Source: a virus | Taxonomy: Duplodnaviria; Heunggongvirae; Uroviricota; Caudoviricetes; Crassvirales | DNA length: 64,000 nt | Strand: one strand, 5' to 3' | Virus record (IMG/VR): IMGVR_UViG_3300042448_001903 | Span: 1-64,000 of that record | Shown here: one piece after another, positions 47,901 to 54,943 of the stretch | Layout: every line of letters begins with the position of its first letter | Numbering within the stretch: the first letter of the stretch is position 1 | Notes under the pieces: generated by a model | Seen by the model: the letters and a program-made list of their open reading frames with translations, nothing else | Databases searched by the model: none | Told to the model about the DNA's origin: nothing | Position numbers and translations under genes: made by a program

Positions 47901-48384
47901 CTCTGACTATGTTGTGTTTACATGGGAAGTGGGAAATAAATATGAGAAAGAAGCTATGAGAAAGAAGGGTGATTATTCTTATATTAAAAAAGGACTTTTC
48001 AAAAAAATATATAGCGGAGATATACCATTTACTAATGAATATACAATGAATAAAGATGGACAAAATATTGTTATTACTGAATATATTTATAAAATGGTTA
48101 ATGCTTGGGGAGACTCTTTCAGGGCTGTAGAAATGTATGATGTAGCTAAAAAATCTAAGATAGATAATGGATTTTTAAAAGTGGAACAAGAAAAAGAAGA
48201 TGATGAAATTTTATCATATTTAGATGAAAATTTAGTATCTTTGGAGTCTACAACTACTGAAAAAACAGTGTCTCTTAAAGATGGAAAAACATATTCATCT
48301 GAGCAATTAAACACAAAAATGCTTGTAGACATGGGCTACACATTGGCTGAAGCAGGAACAATAATTAAAAATAATAAATGTTAA
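35911..48384 (+). CDS. giant protein (4157 aa) carrying a candidate RNA-polymerase catalytic motif DFDID (aa 3253-3257); putative virion-packaged crAss-like RNA polymerase fused to an N-terminal ~1900-aa extension
   Basis: GSDFDIDKLSIYF is encoded at nt 45661-45699. DFDID is, to my recollection, the variant of the universal DxDGD metal-binding motif in gp66, the 2180-aa virion RNAP of crAss-like Cellulophaga phage phi14:2. The context (a block of giant ORFs next to tail genes in a Bacteroidota phage) matches crAss-like cargo and RNAP genes. Confidence 0.55.
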   Translation: MSDQNFLDWANNIKNEGLARLDEGIPQGVGPSGSGGENRNNPLEDLQRARMEAFGMEDTSKYAYSTQETSKRYPKTFRNVDNEELYAQGQAWTNKMINGVGKGLALTGTTFLQSTAGLVNGVANWAQTGKFSSFYDNDFNRSLDEFNQDLEDKWANYYTKEEKDADWYSPKKWFTANFFWDGIIKNMGFSAGAALSGGVYASVLKALPLTSKLFAAGKSAEALVATEEALLAADKGASMFGKIKSISDKYLSTYNSLNAGGRAVVAGLATTGEAGFEAYNNSNEFRKKKIEEYKAQNFGLAPTGEDLEKINNEAENVGTSSFLLNTALLTATNYIQFPKILGASYKAEKGIVNGLTKEVADVTKDAAGNLVKAPSFFKNRVLSTLNNIRPYTFSISEAFEEGAQFAIQSGTQDYYNKKYRGASADFIDSLKEGVKQTLTTNEGMENVLIGGLSGALMMAKGKIQESREKAKDTAEFIKKANEWKFSDFTKETISAVNRGTAIQEDREKALRQGDVLESKDLEQDYIINYLTPRIKYGRMDLVRSDIEDYRKLAMTEEGFAQLKAEGKALEGDTREQYLQRIENLEQTADSIKSLYQSINLRYGNLITKDGKPVYSPETINKMIYAATKVADYDKRIPQLSGSLEAINIDVDTVINDVVAGSSDSFNAAMAEIDALGKNLLPEKVADLKIALEDVAELSARRAKFLDEYNDIKNNPEKYTEEEEEEFAPDTKIKEKQIVKIKTKDGEEDIEVGTEYYLGSVVSYSKDGKEVHNFPKLTILGENEDGTIRIKGSTGIIKNISKEELASYKLGKVSDTEKNKKAKFYMDNINTVYEHYGIKVNGQPAKGRLQYSPKEGILLFVYKDAKGKIRTKEIVGQDFKAKEGYQHGMIKAFGTLTAVQQKSEEEFAAERDARIEARRASRLEILTNLFDNLSAKLDKTNTLIAQKKEQVDRIVEEMKVLEEKISSGAITKKNNFKSSTNKAIKAANRLSRMKEDLRLEIEALEAERDEIEFNQSYVADMAQNIDEFPEEGKDLLEDLNEQALNLNLLQESVGKQINALSKLMDQVDGALKTAVDFALDLIKKFEAKYPNLPYTPLGLVEFLNKDLSAKGVYPDYQSYLQANPNLLSDLSEFERDIADIDELDVIPNERSLEELRKEMEGLQNQLKEVEKEIKAKELILNTFEEVAKKHKQQKEQEARLAKNEEFKQAILGTMVADQQTLQYDETYEPDAKKDDISIVTSTKVPSKSDKPHHIRANKFGNNFPTLPNKANIRGVLVTINNQASLIPGLIDRLFGEGTPEQKAGVIALVMVNTDGELVDVNGEVIPEGVDKLDNAIYQVMPDEGLEWSAEYSKSGKPSSMFRSTTPDNVKKALIEQYKTWRDGILSTVDLVQYRIDASFGILQNEKYTDDKGVEQTNYRAKNSVEEAGLVPKGLENNNVIVLRTTEGAEENGSVTFTNAKGRPLLKTANGLVKLNNRKFNEKEASLIYNMILRLSRNVEKDGNAKSADSLVILDWLKSVVYWGVPKVVDGNRKNPGYNSIWFEKDADGILKLFLSGKGGNIPFGPLSIQENQDNLMSLIQDMYNNVNATIINKSWNEPYSEIIGVKKDGSLEIKTWPNYQSYLLSNKDADGNKRNAENIPLTTIARPLKNEEDVNREGVYFTITDNADKFVIPKTVVTTPKVLTPTAPAAPVAPTPAAKIVVDGYTFDGEAKNNITLLGKYNINFSYDAIKGVFQGELSGDGIEKAIADLNAPEEQIKDAFAGSIVKTLAPQIEEYKKKVAEQTAPVAAEIISEEAKTEIASEGMTESDLDKIRRQMMESSDEDGPVFREKIAKEIEKFEGENWQKVEKWLKENFPNVPVYRVKNVIQATNGRQAWGMFQDGAIYIYENAEVGTVYHEVFEAVWKMFSDAEEQANVLAEFKARKGSFIDRPTGKEVKYSEATNQEAKEQLAEEFRDYVMYKKIPGKPTSGRPFILKLFADLVSFIKEFFTGNKAGSNTEKLFSKIGNGYYKQYSPYHSALSFAKEGVIDIEEAIANAGAEFSIIGMNGQERHDVIQNMTYLTLKNIFRDNKSFFTIPNINKTELYIKLKDQVQKDILKTVSSTKALIEKGTFTEKQGAPHIEKSLALWKAVEDNWDEFKFKHEEYLRGYSIEFDENDNATLTDENNSGKSDYQDARKIDNFKKANAAIKMLLSTVARVDRDGNMDRSTVNGAKLIPTSEVFMKVMNQVHSAKTIEEMLQGLKELGLKDNNYKTLYERLTKSAITVKGIDYSNLTEPHEAQLLASFWKTFKKMNADVKAVFILSNDDVVIGDSNLSSAARQLRSDFISQIVDAIKTKKSSYFVYDDKTRRFKGEPKSVPKTLLSASARIAFLEKLGISFTEEELKSLNSDKLKVFNTAVDGIRTSIEQAKEIATISGKVLDIEGQLLKLATIKAIITTPEFDSTYFNLNGERVQSFIGTNPGSDLYDVLSQVNNLNDVPAQYQYLLTDSFVKNSVILNKMFNLETGEKREDIENYLSIGYVDGTINEQSGKKKESSKLTYRERLIQEINLNLNGYYMNLVPGDASMEWMAYMGNHVSVKRLRATGMEDVNKIFKGYFISELLLSRDVNRNTKETKTRKSTDLRFFKPILGEKLHNDIVKETGTPEEVYKKYESKINAALKSFIEEDVNKFRNNLLSYGIINKTDLGWEVENIALSESVFENIDDLNRELTALNINFMINNIELHKLLYSDPYQYSDELKRIKNFLSPRQRLLGSDNINSLLNNVWNKGFKKGDLGYTDFNKNYFKTTTLADIVGVIDLPGYKEYEETDGSGIISFKAYRNFRIRSGEWNENEELQYKFDIKFEEAAKSGASKEELQKLLNKNPAAKSAYTPVKPIVAGNKDNGKNYNDVMLDKFALYPLSYRVMYEINASSNALKLYDKMQEENIDYVVFKSARKVGAEKTNSVYNEDGSFNTNEFEGVFNVPFDIMSVQSEVPSKDTPLVTRGSQVTKLITMDYMEAGVPVDFEETKTFPERYKAWYALDEEGRIKESTLYKEIKNNQNLLEAIATEGYNSLLNKLHITETTDGYVIEPDNVEKVAEFLRQELLKREVNDNISEAVRNYAQGSVILEATPAYQQIRNILYSIADKEVISPKISGGLKVQIPAALLESTKTELREINGKLGYTSDTLEFYKDEDGKRVCEIMVGRWFKSDLSDEELLKYLNETPEGQKILSGLAYRIPTQKQNSIDVFKIKRFLPKEFGDSVVIPSALVQKVGSDFDIDKLSIYFKNVFKNAKGNIEIVPFFGIDPNNKNKYEDIFFDILQSKIDKAEAKKISTADLQSLFSDISLGISSDKTANKWIPIFKQMFEKETEDGKLLVADIEEIFIKRLEKLGKKLSELTNWDVQQILLEEFKDKMYKESLENEYIESCEKLVSHPKNFKRLTSPNSADQLKDLSKKISDKLGVGAFNYDSTGNMLNRVFMSRLRQAFVSGKYAIGIAAVSQTNHSLNQRSPIYIDKNKLAIQDAADREWLGDAEINFEQYNSIEVDGEKVPTLSMIENAEGQDISDINGQFIDGYVDISKGPWIMELGATPNVASTWLFLAKIGVPIDTIAYFMNQPIVRDYLKSIERSGYSWLFIGDIFEDVISKYDSSITKPTKIPSKSKLWDMIGEGENLSPEQKADQRFILSEFVKYAKMANQLYLVTQGSNFDTASFNDPFLVFKKMEQLKKAKTSIISSVDDILENSFIGNLSDLLLKLRNALSTILVSDQTNVRGVMEKVLLPYINESDRDFVKISQKAVNDLFDWAVQNDRDLNTMVQRILLENNNVAKQMSDFIVDVKKSSKHPLKDNILINSLVPVFSQKLENGTNNLKIVGRDNKVYDQNQIIYAFEELKQYFKGIKSPLYGNLVRLAVLQSGLNRSPISFTSLIPYEDFKEIYNKTLSKLETIPNLNDFYKLGVFQRNNWNDGDVVPSRRLVKKQDQFGNWRYKNFDFFRNLSGFNKPMETGDIPQLIKFNTKSREADSDYVVFTWEVGNKYEKEAMRKKGDYSYIKKGLFKKIYSGDIPFTNEYTMNKDGQNIVITEYIYKMVNAWGDSFRAVEMYDVAKKSKIDNGFLKVEQEKEDDEILSYLDENLVSLESTTTEKTVSLKDGKTYSSEQLNTKMLVDMGYTLAEAGTIIKNNKC

Positions 48385-48387
48385 AAT

Positions 48388-51300
48388 ATGGCATGTCCTA
48401 ATATAAATCTTGATTCTTGGAAATTGTTAGTAGCAGCTAGAGGAGAGAATGTTGCTTATGCTTTATGGGATCTTTATGAAGGAAATGTTCCTGAAAGTGA
48501 GAGTAAAAGTTCTATTGTTAAAGCTGGATTAAAATCTGTAGATGCTTTACAATCTGAGAAGGCTATTAAACTTTTTTCTTCCTTAGAAAAGAATAGAGTG
48601 AAAGGAGATGCTTTTTGGAACAAGGTACAATCTGATCTTAGTATTCCTAAAGACCAAATAGAACTTCTCAAATCATTTAATACAACAGATCGTAATGAGT
48701 TGATTACCAACATGTTAGCTAATTATAGTTATGCTATTGAGATTAATGTTGCTAAAAATAAAATAGGTTCTGATATTTATGGTAAAAGTTCTGAACCTAA
48801 ACAAATAACCGATGAAAATTCTGCTATGGCTTTAGGAGCTGAAGTTGGGGATTATTTTATTGAATATATTACAGAAGATGGGGATCCTGATATAGCAATT
48901 TTTAAAACATTAGAAGAGGCTAACAGAGCTTTTAATACTCAAAGAGCTGCTAATAATAGTTCTGTATATTCTAACCTAACAGTTCCAGGAGGAACCAATT
49001 ATACAGAAAATGAAATAGCTACACCAGCTATTACTCCTTCTATTAAAGGACATGCTCAGTTTGCTACAGATCAAGGTATTGGTTGGTTTAGAAGTGATGA
49101 TTCTATAGTTGGTATTCAAAATAGAAAAGCACTACCTCAAGAAATAGAAGAAGTTAGAGATACTGAAGGTGCTCAAGCAGCTAAAGAATTAGAAAAAAAT
49201 GGCATTCCTGGTGTTGGAGGTACACCTACTACAACTCGTAGAATACTAGAAGTACAATCTGATCTTTTTCAGAAGGGTAGAGATAGTAAAGTTCTTTCTA
49301 AAAAGCTTGATATTAAAAAAGTAGGAGATACATTTATATCTAATGGTGAAAAGTTTACAGTTACAAATATTGACACAGATTCTAATCTTTATGAATTAAT
49401 TACAATTTCAAATCAAGAAGGTAAAACAGCTACTTTAAGAAGAAGTGCGTTAGAAAAAAGATTTGATGAAAGAGGAGATAATAGTTCAGATAATCAATTC
49501 CTCCAACTTCTAAACAAAAACTCTAACTGGGTTACATTCTTTATTAAATCTATTCTACAAGATAGTGCTAAAAAAGGATATGAGAAAGTGTTATTCCCTT
49601 CTGGTAATACAGCTAGTAAAGTAGAAGGACATACAACATTAGAAGAGTTTAAGAAACAAAAAGAAAATAGAATTAAAGAACTTGAAGAATCTAGTATTTT
49701 AAAAAATAAAAATGTTGATGGATTTTATTATATTCAAAGATATTTAGAAGATGAAAATGGTAATGAGGTTTTAACTTGGAGAAAAGTAAGCAATGAAACA
49801 GGTAGAGAAAAAACAGCTACTAAAGAAGAAATTGAATCTTTAAAAAGTAAGTTTTCAGAAGAAACTAAAAATGAAATAAATCAACTTAAAAAAGAGCTTG
49901 AAGATGTTGAAAAAAATGGTTTTGGTGCTTTAAAACCTATATACAACTTCTATGAGAACACTGTAAAGAATATTTTAAATAAACAATACGGAAAGGATAA
50001 TGTAAAACAAATTACAGATGAATATGGTAATACATGGAATGAAGTAGAAATTGTTCCTGAAAGAGAACAGAAACAAATTCTTTTACAAAAAGAAGGAATG
50101 CCTGCTTCTAAGGCTTCTGCTGAAACACTTTCTAAGGTGAAGGAAGCTGCTAAAAAAATGGGTATTAGTATTCAGCAGCTTTCTGATTATTTAAAAGGTA
50201 ATAAAGACGTAACAACAAAAGGAATAAATGGACTGGCAGATCTTGTTAGAGGGATAATTGCTGTAGCAGAGGGGAAAGAAGATGTTGCTCTCACAGAAGA
50301 AATGGTACACGTAGCAACAGCTATTTTAGAACAAATGGACCCAAGACTTGTTACAGAAATGATTTCTAAAATAGATAGATTTAAGATATATAAACAAGTC
50401 TATGATCAATATAAAGATGTATATAAACTTCCTAATGGAAAACCAGATATACGTAAAATAAAGAAAGAAGCTGTAGATAAACTTTTAGTGGAAGTAATTA
50501 TTAATAAAGCAGGAGCTACAGAAGCCTATCCTGAATTAATGGAGGAAGCCACTCAATCATTATTTAGAAACTTTTGGAATAAAATATTAGATCTTATAAG
50601 AGGTGTATATAGAAAATCCAACATATCTATATTTGAAGAAGTGGGAGCTAGAGTGATTGAAGGTGAGGTGGGAGGAACCATTTCTGATATTTCTGAAGGA
50701 GGAATATTTTACCAACTATCTGATGCACAAAAGAAAGTGCAAGAAAAAATACAGGAAACAAGAAATTCTATTAACAAAGTGGTTAGTGATGAAAAGTCTG
50801 ATGAAGTGTTAGCAGATTCAGATGAGTCTACCAACTGGTATGAAATATCTCTTCCTGATGGTACAAAACAAAAAATAACCAAAAGGGTGACAGATCTTGT
50901 TAAAGAGTGGTATAAGAAAAGATTTAAAGATAAAAAATTCACTCCAGAAGAAAAGGCTTTTAACGAGATGAAAAGAAAATATGGGGTGGAGGGGCATGCT
51001 GATTTTGAAGAAATACATAATAGATATTATAATAAAGATGGTACAAAAAAGACCACTCCTGATCCAAGACCTGTAAAATTCAATCTTCCTTCTGAAGAAA
51101 TGTATAATATGTTGGAAAACTATTATGTAAGTCTTTTACAAACATTAGATAAAGATGCATTAGTTTTCTCGGAAGTTATAGTTTACAATCCTAAAGATAA
51201 AAGAGCTGGTACAATAGACTTCTTAGCTGTAGATCCTTCGGGGAAAGGACATATTCTTGATTGGAAGTTTATGCAAATAAACGGTGAAGATGTTGCATGG

Positions 51301-54300
51301 TTTAAACAAGGAGCCTTTGATATTCAGCTTGGTACATATAAAAATATTCTTAAAGACTTTTATGGAATAAAAGAATTTGGAATGAATAGAGCTATTCCAA
51401 TAGCTATGGATTTTGGGTATAAAGAAAAAGGCAATAAGAGTTCTGGCCTTGAATTAAAAGGAATAGCTATAGGTTCTATAGATAAAACTAAAATACAAGA
51501 TCTTAGACTTGTGCCTGTTTCTGAACAAACAGAATCTACAGGATATGAAGATCTTGATAATATTATTAAAAAACTAAATTCCATGCTTAAACAAATAGGC
51601 AAGGAAGAAGTAACAGATGATGATGAGCGTTTATTTAAAATAGAGCGTTTAAACACTATTAGAAAAGCTGTTCGTCTTTTACAGGGACAAAATAATATTG
51701 CTTCTTTAATTGATGTTGTAGGTATTATGAGAGAAGAGGGTGACCAGCTATTAAATGATTATAACACTATTTATAAAAATAGACCAGCTTCTTCTAACGA
51801 TTCAAATAATAAAGAACTTTCAGATTTTGCAGAGAAGATGAGAGTGCACTTAAGAATTATTGATGTTTTTGAAAATATAGGAAGAGACATAGGCCACCTT
51901 GTGTATACAAAGGATATGTTGGAAAATGCTAAGACAGAAGAAGAAAGAGAAGATGTAGCAAGAAGAAAAGATATACATGATCAGTTGATGGCCCAATCTA
52001 ATGCTATTTACAGATCAAAAGAACAATTAACGAAAGCTGCTCAGGATTTTGCAGATAAACATGTAGGGCAAAGAAACCTTGTATTTGGACTTCTATCCCC
52101 CGAAGCTGTTATTAAAGGACTTTCTTCTAATTTTAGAGGTATATCAGAACTTCCTTCTAAAGCATTACAATTGTTATACAAAGTGGTGAGAGGTGCCCAA
52201 GGAGAAGCTTCTAAAGCATCGTTAGAAAGAGTACAAAAACTAATGGATATTAGGAAGAAATTAGCAGAACAGGGGGGAGATCTTAGAACAATAGTGCAAC
52301 AGATATATCAAAAGGATGATAAAGGAGGTATTGTTAATAAACTTATTCATAGATATAGCAGAAAATTCCATGAAGAAGTGGATGCAAAAGCTAAAGAAGG
52401 TGGAGATAAACAATGGCTTTTAGACAATATTGATGTAGAGGAGTATAAAAAAGAAGCTAATAAACGTCTTGAAGATCAAATTAAAAAAATAGAAAGACAG
52501 ATATATACAAGTGATAAAAATGAGAATGAGGCTATAAGAGTTAAAAATATTAAAGAAGCTCAAGAGATGTGGGATATTGATAATAAAAACTTTAATGGTT
52601 GGAATAACTATATCATTAAAAGACATCCTCTCCCAAAATGGTATTCAGAAGAATACAAAAACATTCTTAAAAATCCAATTCTTTTAGAACTTTATAATTT
52701 CATAGGTAGTATAAATGAAGAAGCTAAAGAGGCTGGATATATCACTAATAAAGTGATGAAAACATTCCTACCGTTTGTTAGGAAAGGAGCTGCTGAAGAA
52801 CTAGCTTGGGATCATAGTATTTCTCCTTTAAAGAATTTTTCAGAGAGTCTTAAAATGCAAACAGATGATGTAGGATTTGGAAGTTTTAATGAGCTTACAG
52901 GTGAACTAGAAAATTCTGTTCCTAAGTATTACACATATGATTTTACTAGAAAAGATGGTGTAAATGATTATTCTGACGTAAGCGAAGATCTTTTTAAGAA
53001 TATGATTTTATACATCCAACAAATGGAAAAGTATAAATATCTTTCTGCTGTAGAAGGACAATTACAATTAGTAAAAACTGTAGAGCAATTTAAAGGGCAT
53101 TTAGCTACAGATAGATCAGCAAATGTTGTTAAACAAGGTGGTAAAATAATAGAAATACCAGGAAATGAAGAAAACACTAAAATGTATGATGACTTTTTAA
53201 GAGTGTTGTTATACGGACAAAAGTATGTTCTTTCTGATACAGACACTCCTTTAAATGTAGGTAAAGTGTTAAACTTTGTAAAAAATGGTGTAAACACTAT
53301 TACAGGCAGAGAAGTATTTAAAATAGATGAGGAGCCTTCTGCTACATCTTTAGTAAAAACTATGGACGCAGCAAATAGAGCATTCCAATTAAAAGCTTTA
53401 GGGTTTGAATTTATATCTGGAGCTGTAAATATGTTTGGAGGTAATATACAGGTGGCTACACAAGCTGGTGATTATTTTAAAGCAAGAGACTTTCTTAAAA
53501 ATCAAGCTAAATTAGCTGTACAAAGATTTGATAATGAAGAAGATAGAGAAATATTTGTACAATTAGTTAATACATTCATGCCTCTAAAAGATGATCCATC
53601 TACAGATATATATAAATATGAAGCAGGGATGACTGCTCTCACTAGAAAAAATTTAGGGGATATGCTAATGGTTTTTATGAGAAAACCAGAACAACTTATT
53701 GAAAAGTCTATTTTTGTCACACTTTTGGAAAACATGATGGTGGATAATGGTAGAATTGTTAATATTAATGATTTTGTAAAAAACAAATACAAAAATAGAT
53801 ATAAATCCTCTTCAGAATATAAACAGTCTAAAGAAGCTATAAAAGCAGAGGTGGAAGAACTTAAGAAAACAAAGTCTATAGCTGTAACTAAAAAACTTGT
53901 AAACGGTAAATTAGAAATTCCTGGATTAGATCTTTCAAATCAAAGGGAGTTACAAAGATTGACAGAACTAACTAGAAGAATTTCTAGAAATGCAACAGGA
54001 GGTATGTCTGACGGAGATATTAACAGAATGTCAATGTCTGTTTGGACAAATAGTATGATGCTATTTAAAAGCTGGATACCAAAACTTGCTGATACACGTT
54101 TCTCAGAATTTAGAAAAGTGAGCGATGATTTTTCTGTAACAGTGGATGAAGATGGTGTTAAAGGGGAGAAATATGATATAGGAAGAATTAGACTTTTGGC
54201 TTATGTTTTAGGAACATCTATTCGTGATAAATCAGCAAATATTACGAATTTAATTCAAATGAATGACAAGGGAATTGCTTTGATAGATAAAATGTATGAG

Positions 54301-54840
54301 GATTTTGCTGAAAAATACGAAAAAAGAACAGGTGAAACTCTTAACATGACTAAAGAAGATTTTGCTGATATGATTAGAACCAATCTAAGAAACGAGATTA
54401 AAGAATTAGCTATTCTTGGGGCTTTATTAGGTGTGATGATTTCTCTAGGATTTATGGCTCCTGATGATGAAGAAGATAAAGCAACCAAAAATTTCTTTAG
54501 GTATTCACAAAGAGTGGTAGATAAATTTGTTGGAGAGCTTTCTTTCTTCTATAATCCTGTCAATTTTGAAAGTCTTTTGAGTGGAAGTATGTTCCCAGCT
54601 ATAGGACTTATAACAGATTATACTAGGTTTACTAGTCACTTTGTTAGAGAAGTGACAGGATTTGATATTACAGATCCTACATTATCTGCTGAAGAGGTGA
54701 GGAAAAAAGCTATGCCTATTAAATATGCTGCAAAAGCTTTACCTGTAGCAAAGTCTGCTTTAACATATGGAGCAATTTTAAATAATGAGTTTGCCAAAGA
54801 ATTTGATATAACTATACAAAAAGAAAGTAGTATGAAATAA
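48388..54840 (+). CDS. giant virion protein (2150 aa), function unknown; candidate cargo/ejection protein
   Basis: The ORF is in the track, 3 nt after the stop of the 4157-aa gene. A possible PD-(D/E)xK-like element (FLAVD...ILDWK) lies around nt 51216-51270. This is weak evidence. Confidence 0.5.
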   Translation: MACPNINLDSWKLLVAARGENVAYALWDLYEGNVPESESKSSIVKAGLKSVDALQSEKAIKLFSSLEKNRVKGDAFWNKVQSDLSIPKDQIELLKSFNTTDRNELITNMLANYSYAIEINVAKNKIGSDIYGKSSEPKQITDENSAMALGAEVGDYFIEYITEDGDPDIAIFKTLEEANRAFNTQRAANNSSVYSNLTVPGGTNYTENEIATPAITPSIKGHAQFATDQGIGWFRSDDSIVGIQNRKALPQEIEEVRDTEGAQAAKELEKNGIPGVGGTPTTTRRILEVQSDLFQKGRDSKVLSKKLDIKKVGDTFISNGEKFTVTNIDTDSNLYELITISNQEGKTATLRRSALEKRFDERGDNSSDNQFLQLLNKNSNWVTFFIKSILQDSAKKGYEKVLFPSGNTASKVEGHTTLEEFKKQKENRIKELEESSILKNKNVDGFYYIQRYLEDENGNEVLTWRKVSNETGREKTATKEEIESLKSKFSEETKNEINQLKKELEDVEKNGFGALKPIYNFYENTVKNILNKQYGKDNVKQITDEYGNTWNEVEIVPEREQKQILLQKEGMPASKASAETLSKVKEAAKKMGISIQQLSDYLKGNKDVTTKGINGLADLVRGIIAVAEGKEDVALTEEMVHVATAILEQMDPRLVTEMISKIDRFKIYKQVYDQYKDVYKLPNGKPDIRKIKKEAVDKLLVEVIINKAGATEAYPELMEEATQSLFRNFWNKILDLIRGVYRKSNISIFEEVGARVIEGEVGGTISDISEGGIFYQLSDAQKKVQEKIQETRNSINKVVSDEKSDEVLADSDESTNWYEISLPDGTKQKITKRVTDLVKEWYKKRFKDKKFTPEEKAFNEMKRKYGVEGHADFEEIHNRYYNKDGTKKTTPDPRPVKFNLPSEEMYNMLENYYVSLLQTLDKDALVFSEVIVYNPKDKRAGTIDFLAVDPSGKGHILDWKFMQINGEDVAWFKQGAFDIQLGTYKNILKDFYGIKEFGMNRAIPIAMDFGYKEKGNKSSGLELKGIAIGSIDKTKIQDLRLVPVSEQTESTGYEDLDNIIKKLNSMLKQIGKEEVTDDDERLFKIERLNTIRKAVRLLQGQNNIASLIDVVGIMREEGDQLLNDYNTIYKNRPASSNDSNNKELSDFAEKMRVHLRIIDVFENIGRDIGHLVYTKDMLENAKTEEEREDVARRKDIHDQLMAQSNAIYRSKEQLTKAAQDFADKHVGQRNLVFGLLSPEAVIKGLSSNFRGISELPSKALQLLYKVVRGAQGEASKASLERVQKLMDIRKKLAEQGGDLRTIVQQIYQKDDKGGIVNKLIHRYSRKFHEEVDAKAKEGGDKQWLLDNIDVEEYKKEANKRLEDQIKKIERQIYTSDKNENEAIRVKNIKEAQEMWDIDNKNFNGWNNYIIKRHPLPKWYSEEYKNILKNPILLELYNFIGSINEEAKEAGYITNKVMKTFLPFVRKGAAEELAWDHSISPLKNFSESLKMQTDDVGFGSFNELTGELENSVPKYYTYDFTRKDGVNDYSDVSEDLFKNMILYIQQMEKYKYLSAVEGQLQLVKTVEQFKGHLATDRSANVVKQGGKIIEIPGNEENTKMYDDFLRVLLYGQKYVLSDTDTPLNVGKVLNFVKNGVNTITGREVFKIDEEPSATSLVKTMDAANRAFQLKALGFEFISGAVNMFGGNIQVATQAGDYFKARDFLKNQAKLAVQRFDNEEDREIFVQLVNTFMPLKDDPSTDIYKYEAGMTALTRKNLGDMLMVFMRKPEQLIEKSIFVTLLENMMVDNGRIVNINDFVKNKYKNRYKSSSEYKQSKEAIKAEVEELKKTKSIAVTKKLVNGKLEIPGLDLSNQRELQRLTELTRRISRNATGGMSDGDINRMSMSVWTNSMMLFKSWIPKLADTRFSEFRKVSDDFSVTVDEDGVKGEKYDIGRIRLLAYVLGTSIRDKSANITNLIQMNDKGIALIDKMYEDFAEKYEKRTGETLNMTKEDFADMIRTNLRNEIKELAILGALLGVMISLGFMAPDDEEDKATKNFFRYSQRVVDKFVGELSFFYNPVNFESLLSGSMFPAIGLITDYTRFTSHFVREVTGFDITDPTLSAEEVRKKAMPIKYAAKALPVAKSALTYGAILNNEFAKEFDITIQKESSMK

Positions 54841-54884
54841 GGAGTTGTATTGCTATATTATATCTGAATATTTTATGTAATGTA

Positions 54885-54913
54885 TTGATAATAAAGAGAA
54901 AAAGGTATCTTTG
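54885..54913 (+). promoter_or_regulatory. Bacteroidetes sigma-A type promoter TTG-N18-TATCTTTG upstream of tail-fibre gene
   Basis: TATCTTTG lies at 54906-54913 and overlaps the ATG at 54911 that the track used. This argues that the real start is the ATG at 54944. Confidence 0.45.
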
Positions 54914-54943
54914 CATCTTAATCTCGCCTTAATATATTTAATT

